From Chrysomallon squamiferum (Eukaryota > Animalia > Mollusca): DNA of 64,000 bases. The notes under the pieces are model-generated. The model saw only the letters and a list, made by a program, of their open reading frames with translations. It ran no database searches and was not told the origin of the DNA. The stretch covers positions 13,578,001 through 13,642,000 of the forward strand of contig CM022678.1 of assembly GCA_012295275.1 (NCBI GenBank). Direction: 5' to 3'. Position 1 is the stretch's first letter. Every line of letters begins with the position of its first letter. Made by a program: the position numbers and the translations under genes. Shown piece by piece: positions 14,762-25,390 of the stretch.

Positions 14762-15791
14762 TCAACATTGCATTTTTCCAGTACTAACACTGAAACATTC
14801 CATTTTCCACCAAAACCAGCCACTTTCATTTTCATAACCAACTTTGTAACATTTGCCATCGATTTCTGAAATAAAAAGTGGAAAAAAAGCAACAAACAGA
14901 AAATAAATTAGCGATACTTTTCAGGTGCACGTCATATACAAGATAGTTTTAACATGTAGATAAATGTGTGACTAATAACACAACGTAAGAAATGTCAAAA
15001 TTAATTGATTTTCACAATAACACCTGTAATCTTATTGTTAGAATATTCAACATACTTCACTGATGTTCATTTTGTTTTAAATGTGTTCTTTCTTTTCTTT
15101 TTTTTTCTTGTCAAGCATTAGAACTTATTTATAATAGAACTGAAAAGTACAGGCTCAAACTCCCAAAGTCAGCATTTCGAAGGGGAAATTCTAAAAATTC
15201 TGCTCGATCCAAGTACATTCCCACACAGAATCTGTCCACTACCCAGCATCATTTCACCAACCTGCCTGTCACAGTTCTACCACTTTGCAATGAAAGAATG
15301 CCACACCCCAGGATTGCCCTTCATTTGTATTTTGATTACAAAAACAAAACTAAATTATATATATAATAGATAAACAGATATTTTTGTTGAGGCTGAAATG
15401 TCTGGTACTGGCTGTTTAATCCGAGTACGATCTTAAAAATAAAATCGGTAAATGCCATTAGTGTGCATGAGGCTGGTCTCAGCAGCGCCGAGTCTGGGCA
15501 GATCAAATTGTAGCAGTAAAGAGAAGAATTGTTACCTCTCCGTAACAGGCTAAACTTGCCGCGGTTACTACAAGTCACATAAGTCCACTTTATTACTTTT
15601 TTTTTCATAACATGTACCAAAATGCAATCACAAAACATGCAGAGGTTACACATTACAGCTTGAAAAATTAAAAATAAATATTTGTTTTAAACATTCTGAC
15701 ACATATGTTGAATTACGAATGTGATATGTAACATATAAGAAAAATGAAGCAACTGTAAAGCAACTATAAATAAAGGTAAATCAGTTCAGCT

Positions 15792-15833
<42 letters not shown>

Positions 15834-15854
15834 GACACCTCACTTAGTCTTCAT
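14762..15854 (-). pseudogene. Putative small cysteine-rich secreted-protein gene or remnant (3 exons)
   Basis: Phase-compatible AG/GT exons: 15854-15839 (MKTK*), 15658-15536 (AVMCNLCMFCDC..WTYVTCSNRGKFSLLRR), 14865-14762 (EIDGKCYKVGYENESGWFWWKMECFSVSTGKMQC*). The first exon has an in-frame TGA. No family recognised. Confidence 0.35.
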
Positions 15855-15972
15855 ACTTGTGTTTGTGGCTGGAATCCAGGAATGATATTTCAACAGAAAA
15901 TAGCTATACAATTTTTATAGTAAGATTTGTATTCTACTTACTCTTGCAGCTTCCTACATACATAAACATCCT

Positions 15973-16074
<102 letters not shown>

Positions 16075-16399
16075 AAAAAAATATTTTAAAATGACAGTAG
16101 CAACAACAGCAGCAATAACAAAACACTTTGTTTTTCATTCATTCACAGGATTATCAAGAGTTTACAATTAAATATAAATAAAGCAATTCTAAAGATATTC
16201 AAAACATAAGCAGAACATTATTTTGTTCTATTTATATTTTTACATGATTATTAGAACAACAATAATAATAATGGTAGACAAATTAAAAACCTTTACACCA
16301 AGTGAAGAACTAAATTTATTCATACTTAAATTATTATTTACACTTTTGATTTAAAATGTTCACCGTATTATCAAATCTAAATTTGATTAAAATTTTATT

Positions 16400-18040
16400 T
16401 TTCCATTCAAGTCAAATAGCATATATAAAGTCACTGACCATACAAACAACATACATGACACTGACACAAGAAAAACCCACAAAACATGTACACAAAAAAT
16501 CAAACATCAGAAACTTGTACAACACAGCACAATGTGTTTTGTATAGTACTGTCTCCCTTAAAACATTCATAACTTGTTCATGTAAAACATGTTAAAGTTT
16601 TATTTTGTTAATAATTATTTCCTGATATCATCTAAAATTTCATTCATTATTTCTTCATCTTTCAGAATCAGGAGTAAATAGTGCTTGATTGGAGTAAACT
16701 GGACTAACCCACAGAAAAAATCATCTGCCAACACACAGAAAAACCAGAAAACACAGACACCAGACACACAGCAGAGAGGTGCACAACACAGTGTGTTTTG
16801 TATTGTGCTATTTCTGTCATGTATCAGACATGCAAGAAACAACAGACTCCCACACCACAAAACATACAACACAAATATAGACACAGACACACAGACATAG
16901 ACACCTTGAGTCAAACAGAAAAACGTACATGCGTACAATGACAGACACAGACACACACAAACACATTCTGTCGACAGACATGGACCATGTACTCCATATC
17001 GTCATACACAGAACAAAGAGAGCATAGAAACCACATACAAACAATATAAACATTCAAACCGACACACAAACAGACATACAACAAAAAACATGCAAAGACA
17101 CAAACACAGAGACAACAGACATACACACATACACATTCTGAGAGACAGAAAAAACACAAACACAAACTCCAGGCACACATAAAATAGCACAACACAACAC
17201 AGAGTGTTTAGTGTTGTGCTATTTGTGTTATGTGTTGCACATGCAAGAAACAACACACAACATATATACATACACTGCCAAAAAAATGCATATAAAGACA
17301 CAGACACCTTGAGCCACCTAGATAAACATACACTATACAGTCAGACACAGAGAAAGCACCGGGGGGGAACACATGCAAGAAAACAAACATACATTACAAA
17401 AATAAAACAGGACAAAAAATGCGAACATGCAACAACTGCAAACATATATAAAACATACATTACACAAAGCACACTGGATACGGCACACAAAACATCACAC
17501 CAGACCACAACATGCACCAAATTCTCAACACACAGCATGCACACTAGCCACCACACTGCAGTGGTGTGTCTTCTGTCTTGTATTTTGTGTTGTGTAGGTG
17601 GTACGTTGCCTGTGTGGTGTCAACAAGAGAGAACCACACAACAAACTACACATACATTTTACATAACATAATATATATATAACACAACAGACATACACAT
17701 CACACTGAACACAAACATGTGGCAACAAGAAACATATACAATAAGCACAATATACACACCATATATGGCATATAGGACAAAGCAGAGTAAGCTTCCAACA
17801 ACAGAACATTTTTATCTGTGTTTTGTGATCCGTCCTGTTGCTGTCTGCATTTTATGTTCACTGTGGTGTATAGTGCATGCACTGTATGTATATATCTATG
17901 TATCCTTGTGTAAGAGTTTTGTGTTTTCTGACATGTGTGATGTATATATATCATGTATGATGTAGGTATATTATGTATGTTCTGTCTGTGATGTATGTGT
18001 TGTTCGTTGTGTTGTTCTGTCTTGTGAACTCCACAACATA
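16400..18040. repeat. Degenerate CA-rich/TG-rich compound repeat with recurring internal inversions
   Basis: The motif cacaacacagtgtgttttgtattgtgct.. recurs near 16520, 16780, 17190, 17555 and 17805. CA-rich blocks switch to TG-rich sequence at 17810-18030. It generates many spurious overlapping ORFs. Confidence 0.7.
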
Positions 18041-18938
18041 TGCTACAAACATATTATTTTCTTTAAAAAATAGAATGTTGTTTTATTATTTATTTTTTAC
18101 GAAATATATAGTTATCTTAAATAATGAATTTTGTGGATACTGTACAGTAAAGACAAGATATATAGAATGATTCGAAAAATCTGTATATATCATCTGTTTA
18201 GGGCCGGTTCTAGTTTTATAACAAACCGTTATTTATTTATCATTCATACACATAACCTATAATCTTACCTAACAAAATTTACTTTTCTTAATTGTGTGTA
18301 ATAGATGGATAAATAAATAAATAAATAAATAAAAATTATCCCATTTTCTTTTATACTGCGATGCAGATATAGAGAGGACAAAAATCTATGTGAAAAGGAA
18401 TTAATCCGTTTTCTTCAAATCAGCTAGGCGCCACCACTGCAGATTGTATTTAAGTCTAATTAAGTGACGAGGATAAATAATCTGTTTCATAATATAGTTT
18501 CTTAACAAATACTAACACCCCTCTTCTTTTGCTTCCTGTATGTTTTCTTTGTTGATTATAAATGTAAAGCTTGATAATTCAAGCACCTCAAAAAGACGTC
18601 ATAATTAGACTTGAAGCTAACTCAACGTTTACCCTGTAATATGGAAAGTCATATTTCTCATATCTGTGTGGACATTAATGATGCTGTTTTATGTCTTTTG
18701 AGGTGCGAATTTCTTTATATTTATATTTATATTTATATTTTGACAAACGAAACTAACTTGGATTTTCGATGGAGGAATTTTAAAAAGCAGACGATAAGAA
18801 TCCATTTCAGAGGAACCCACTCGGTGATTATTTGACAGTTCATAGAACTCGGAAGAACTAATTTCCAGACGATATTTTTATTTGTCTTTTTCTGTTCGTT
18901 TGTATTATTAAATTTTTTATATATTTTAGAACGGGAAG

Positions 18939-21900
18939 ATGTTCGCTGCAACAGTTAATCAAGTGGTAAACACATTAGGGCGTGACACACTTTTTCCAGC
19001 GCCAAGCGTCGAAACAGCAGACAATATTTCTCCACTTCGACTTGTTATCAGTGAACCAGTTAGAAAGAGGATATTTTGGAAAAAATACAAACATTACACA
19101 ACAGAATTTGGCTTAAAAGATATTCTAGAAGATGCTGAGGAACTAAAAGTTGTGGAAACTGCGGTTAAACTAACCACATACAACACATCCTTAAAACTTT
19201 CGTTAAAAGGAAAGTTTGGTGTAAAATTAATTCACGAATTTCTCGATATCTCTCTAAACACGACAGATTCAGTGATCGTGGACAGTTATTTAGGAGATTT
19301 AGAAAAAGTTGAAGTGCATTTACCTACTCTTGTGTCATCTTTAAAAAATAGGTTTGTGTGTAAATATTACAGGAGTGCAATTTGGTTTGTAGTTGTTAAT
19401 CTTGTGCTTATGCTGCTGTTGTTGCATTATTACTATTATTATTTGTATGTTGTTGTTGTTATTTGTTTATTATTTTGTATTTAAGTTATAAAATGCAGTT
19501 AGACAATATTCAAGGATTCTTTTTGTACACAAACAGAATTTTCCCAAATTAAGATGACTAAAAAGTAAAGCAAACTATCTGTTGCTCTGAGTGATACTGT
19601 GATCTGCTTGACTAATGAGGTGCTATTACATACAAACAGAATAATTGTTAATGCAATAGAAACAGTTATTTCCATAAAAAAAACTATCTTTATTAACAAA
19701 TTACATAATATATTTATGTTGTCAGCAATTATATTGATTATCCTTTATTTCACTTTTATGTCAGTAACAGTTTTCTGAATTAATAATATAGGTATCTAAT
19801 AAACAGGTTTATCTATCATTAATCTATGTTGATTAGACTGTTACAGAAATATATTTTACAGATATTAATTTATTTTTGTTTTTTAAGGAGCAGTATCAGA
19901 ATAAATATAGAAATTTCTGAAACATTTACGAAATTTTTATTTCATAGAGAAACTTGTTTGTAAATAATAATTAATTTTGTAAATGTATTTTTATATATGA
20001 TTAACTAGTGTATGTGTTTGTGTGTGTGCATATATGTGTCTGTGTGTGTGAGTGTTTGTGTGTGTTGGTTGTGTGTGTATGTATATATATAGATATATAT
20101 ATATCTATATATAGACACACACACACTCATAGGTTTATAGACACAACACATATTTAAACCATCTTAGATTGTGCTGGTTTTTGCCAATGTAATCTGTCTT
20201 ATTCATTTTTGAAATGAGATCACTGTTACTGGTAAAATATTCCTAATTCAACATATTAAATCATTTTTTATCAAGAAAGCAAATTGAGAATGAAGAAGAA
20301 TTGATTCATGTAATCAATCAGCTTGTTTATTCAAGATAGTGTTATAAATAATTTCTTTGCAAGAAGATGAATTTAAAAACAAACAAAACTAGCTGATTCA
20401 CTGTGGAGCAAACATCTTAAATATCTTTTTATAAAACTGTATATTTTCAGGAAAATAAATTTAAAATCAAGTCGAATCAACTCACTGGTGAGTCAGAACA
20501 GAAAGATTGTTGGTATAGTTACAGGAGTGATCCGACTTATGAATGATGCTACTTTGAGCTGCAAACTAAACATAGATGGATCTGCCAATGTTGATTTAAA
20601 ATCTATGGTAAGACTTAATTTTAAAACTCTTGTTAGTTTTAACTTTAAATCTCTTATAAATGTTATTTTTAAATTTCTGGAAGGGTTTTATATTTCTGGT
20701 AAAAATTAACTTTAAACTGCTAGTAAGTGCTAATATTAGTCTAAAATCTCTGATTAATGTTAGTATTAACTTTAAACTGCTAGTAAGTGCTAATATTAGT
20801 CTAAAATCTACGGTTAATGCTAATATTTCTTTATACATCTGGTAAGTCATAATACAGCATTAGGTATAGGCTGGCATCATGGGCTTTGTGGTATTATATA
20901 CATAATTTATTGTTAATGTTTTATATTGATATGTTAAATTTTTAAGATAAAAATTAATTATTATACATAATGATAATTAAATAAAAACATTTATGCCAAT
21001 ATCAGTCTAAATAATTACTAAAAGTTTGCTACATTATTTTAGAGAACTTTATCTTTTTTATGTATTTGTTAATTTATATTAAAATATTCATTCCTAAATT
21101 GTAAATATTTGTAGATAAATAAAATTAAAGTATAATTAAATATACATTTCAGTTATCTTTAAACAAATATATTTTGTTTGTTTATTTTCTCATTATACAG
21201 TATCGTACTGTTGTACAATAAAGCAAATGACTTAATCCTGAGAAAAGTATTCACACTTTGTTAAACACAAATTCACTTATTTTCAGACTCAAGGTGGAGC
21301 AGAGATTGATTCAGACAAGAGTAAAAGTATCAAGTTATTTAAAGGAACACCTCTCGCATACACCAAGCGTGATCTTCTAATCAACACTTGTGATGGTAGC
21401 TTCCAGATAGTTCTTGAACACGGAGCTGCAGGTGGATTCACAAAAAACAAGTTAGAAGATTTTGATGAAGTTGATTCCAGCAATATTTCTAGATTTTGTG
21501 GTTTGGGTCTTACTGGTAAGTTTATATAAAATATTTTTATTATTAATCATGATTGAGTAATTTCTGTGCCTCTAGTTGTATAGATTATTTGAGTTTCAAA
21601 TTGCAGATCTCTTTGCTCTGTCTTTATACAAGTATAAAACTGATGTGATTCAATGTTTATTAAATCTACTGTTATTTTAATGTTCTTTTTGGACTCAAAC
21701 AGAAGTCACTGTTTAAGCTCTGTGTAAAGCTAAAATCTTTTCAAGTGTACACAGAATTAATTAGTATGAAATGATGTTTCTCTTCTTGAAATGGTACAAA
21801 AGAGAGAGAGTGTCTTAATAGCATATTAATGAAAGAAAGAGATGTAACTATTAATATATATACATCATGGTTCATTGAAGGGGGCAATGCAGATGAAATA

Positions 21901-21946
21901 ACCACTAAGCTTTTTTTACTTTATTTGTGTTTGTTCAAATTTAAAA

Positions 21947-21977
<31 letters not shown>

Positions 21978-23737
21978 AATAATAATAGCTTAAAGTAAAC
22001 CATATCATTTTATATTTGCAGCATCTGAAGAAGAGATATTTAAAGGTATTACGGATTTGGATCAAGCTGAGAAGGATAATTTTCTGAAAGTCATGAGAGA
22101 AATAATGAATCTACCTAAGCTTGTACAACCCATCTCAGAACTGGTGTGTTTTGTCTATTGAACTAAAGGTTCATTCACACTAAATTACTGATCTGTAGTT
22201 CAGTGGTAGCTTGCTTGCCTGAGATCTGATATGACCCAGTATCAATCTTCACAGTATCCCTTAAACTGTCTGTATAAAATATTCCTGATACTTGATTATA
22301 GTGCAAAAGATTTCCCTGTTTACTAAAAGCACATTTACTACCTAAGAATTAATTGAAATGTGAATAGATTAATTAATTTTTCATGAATTTTTATTTAATT
22401 TTTTGTGGCAAAATGAACACAATTAATAAAATTGCATTAATTAAATAATGATTTCCTTAAAGTGGAGTAATCCTGTGTTTATATGTCTGTGTTATAATCC
22501 TGTAGTTACAGAGAGTGGAAACATTCACAGAGACGGGCATAAAGAGAACAACAAATCTTGCCACACTTAACTCAAAGATTGGAACAGCTGGAGATGATCT
22601 TGTACCTTTCCTTACGATTGTTGGCTTCCACACTGATGTGAGTTTACATGAATAACTCTTTATATTAAACTAGTGTATGTTAGCAAGTATCTAAATATTT
22701 ATTGTATTTTTCATAGTGATATATAGAACTACAATGAGAAAAGAAAAAGAGAGACTGTCTATGTTTGTGTTTGTATTTGTGCATATTAGAATGAGACACA
22801 TGTCCATGTAGTTGAAGGTTAGAACAAAGAAGAGGCTAAATATAAATTACTTTTCTGTTATTATTATTAAATATGTGAAAAATACTAAAAGTTGTACATT
22901 TTTTATTAAAGACAAATGGTGATGTGGAATACCCACAGCAGTGTTCTGAGTTGTTAGAAACAAGTCAGTTGCTGATATCACTGTTAGAAGAACTTGATGA
23001 TAAAGAAATACACTCTCTGTCCAGTTGTCTCAGTGACAGCAGTACTTCAACTTCAGTGCTGCAGATAGTATGTATTATTTTTGTAGTAGTACTGTTAAAC
23101 TCTCTGTCCAGTTGTCTCAGTGACAGCAGTACTTCAACTTCAGTGCTGCAGATAGTATGTATTATTTTTGTAGTGATACTGTTAAACTCTCTGTCCAGTT
23201 GTCTCAGTGACAGCAGTACTTCAACTTCAGTGCTGCAGATAGTATTATTTTTGTAGTAGTACTGTTAAACTCTCTGTCCAGATGTCACAATACTTCCACT
23301 ACAGAGTGCAGACAGTATGTAGTAGTAGAAGTAGAACAGGTAAACTTTCTATAACTGTTTCAGTGACAGCACTACTTCAACTGCAGTGTTGCATATAGTG
23401 TGTATTTGTTTAGAAAATGTTTATTAATTACATTTTTATTTTCTCTGGAAAAACAAAAGTAAAAAAGCTGTAGTACCTACATCATATCTACCTCTTCTGT
23501 ATATATATATAATACATTTTTGTTCTTTTTTTCTAGCTTAAGAAATGTGAGTCTACAGATAGTGAGGTGGTGACACTGACAGATGAAGAAAAATCTGTGT
23601 TGTCCACAGACACTGCCAAAATGTTAACTGATGCTCTGGAAATAAAGGTGGAAGATAACAAACTGACATTCTCTAAAGACAACATAGGTATCAGAGCTTG
23701 TCGTCTGATTCTACAGGCATTCTATGGTGCTAAGTAA
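18939..23737 (+). CDS. GSDME: Gasdermin, GSDME/PJVK-like pore-forming protein, 469 aa, 7 coding exons
   Basis: Exons 18939-19351, 20451-20607, 21287-21515, 22022-22143, 22506-22637, 22912-23067, 23537-23737. All introns are GT-AG with compatible phases, totalling 1410 nt without internal stops. N-domain motifs parallel GSDME: MFAATV.., basic KRIFWKKYKH loop, LGDLEKVEV, KINL, GTPLAY, GGF. Linker DEVD at residues 250-253, then a helical C-domain ending LILQAFYGAK*. An acceptor at 18928-18929 implies an upstream non-coding exon. The symbol is a family-level assignment. Confidence 0.92.
23013..23400 (+). repeat. 87-bp tandem duplication of gasdermin exon-6 3' end plus its splice donor (3 near-perfect and ~2 decayed copies)
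   Basis: Units start at 23013, 23100 and 23187: ctctctgtccagttgtctcagtgacagcagtacttcaacttcagtgctgcagata|gtatgt.. Decayed copies lie at ~23270 and ~23340. Confidence 0.92.
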
Positions 23738-23909
23738 AATTTGACTTTACACTTAGAAATCATGAAAATAATTGTAACTAATATTCACTTCACAAAATGA
23801 TAATGTGCTGACATGAAAAATGTTTAAGTGAGATTAAACTTGGATTTTAAGATGGTTTGACTGGTGTGTTTCAACATTTCAACAGATGGTGAATGATTTA
23901 AAAAGTCTT

Positions 23910-24168
23910 GGTTTTGATGGATGTTTAATGATGTTAGTCTAGGTTTTGATGTATGTTTAATGATGTTAGTCTAGGTTTCCATGTATGTTTAATGATGTTA
24001 GTCTCCATTTTGATGGATGTTTAATGATGTTAGTCTAGGTTTCGATGGATGTTTAATGATGTTAGTCTAGGTTTCAATGGATGTTTAATGATGTTAATCT
24101 AGGTTTCGATGGATGTTTAATGATGTTAGTCTAGGTTTTAATGGATGTTTAATGATGTTAGTCTAGGT
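23910..24168. repeat. 32-bp minisatellite, about 8 copies, just 3' of the gasdermin stop
   Basis: Unit ggttttgatggatgtttaatgatgttagtcta. Confidence 0.92.
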
Positions 24169-24869
24169 TATACATATTTTCATCAGGCATGACAAATGTT
24201 TCTAAATTTTAATGAATGTTTAAATTAATGTTATTTTTTTTTAAAATGTTGAGATGACTTGTAAATAGTTTTGTTAAATGATTTTAACATTTCTATATTA
24301 TCACAAATTTATAAGTAAACTTTTTGAATTTTTGACATCTATTATTTAAACAATATTTTATTTTGTCTTGTCTCATTTACTTCTTATGATATCAAGTAAT
24401 AATGGGATACAGATATATACATGGCTAAACATTTGTGCGAATCTCCAAATCCATTTGGATTCACGTGAAATGTTTCCAAAATTCTCTTAAACTGAATAAT
24501 CAATGAATAAAACTTACCAAATCAAAAACAAAAATAGTCTGGTTATCAAGCATCAGTTTAAACTGGTTTCAGAAGCATGTATCTTCAAAACAACATGGTT
24601 TTTCGAGACTAGTCTAGCCTGAAGCCAAGCGGTGGTTGACTCATTTGTATGAACAAAATTACCAACAAAGAGAACAAAAAGGAGCAGTTTGTTCAGTTCT
24701 TATATAATCAAAAGATGTAGTAATTTAATGTGCACATTACTATGTTAGTTCGTTATTCTGGTGTCAATCATATTAAATTAAAGGAAAAGAAAGCTTTCTC
24801 TTTTTTTATTTAAAAATTGGATATTTTTGCTGACGAACTGGTTATTCTTTCCAATAAATAGTGAGGGTC

Positions 24870-25390
24870 GTTTTATATACACTAATCTGTATGCAGTTCA
24901 TCACATTTGACACATTATTCTATGTAACACTATTGATAAAGTTGTTTTATATACACTAATCTGTATGTAGTTCGTCACATTTGACACATTATTCTATGTA
25001 ACACTGTTGATAAAGTTGTTTTATATACACTAATCTGTATGCAGTTCGTCACATTTGACACATTATTCTATGTAACACTGTTGATAAAGTTGTTTTATAT
25101 ACACTAATCTGTATGCAGTTCATCACATTTGACACATTATTCTATGTAACACTATTGATAAAGTTGTTTTATATACACTAATCTGTATGCAGTTCATCAC
25201 ATTTGACACATTATTCTATGTAACACTGTTGATAAAGTTGTTTTATATACACTAATCTGTATGCAGTTCATCACATTTGACACATTATTCTATGTAACAC
25301 TGTTGATAAAGTTGTTTTATATACACTAATCTGTATGTAGTTCGTCACATTTAACACATTATTCTATGTAACACTATGTATAAAGTTGTT
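24870..25390. repeat. 74-bp minisatellite, 7 near-identical copies
   Basis: Unit gttttatatacactaatctgtatgcagttcatcacatttgacacattattctatgtaacact(a/g)ttgataaagtt, period 74. Confidence 0.93.

Noticed and set aside
15182-15192. NF-kB-like GGGGAAATTCT, and ETS/IRF-like GGAAGTGAAA at 9408-9417
   Set aside because: Isolated short motifs expected by chance in 64 kb. There is no TSS information to anchor them.
16356-18170. Dense stack of overlapping Cys/Val- or Thr/His-rich ORFs
   Set aside because: Translations of CA/TG low-complexity sequence, which is poor in stop codons. No domain signal.
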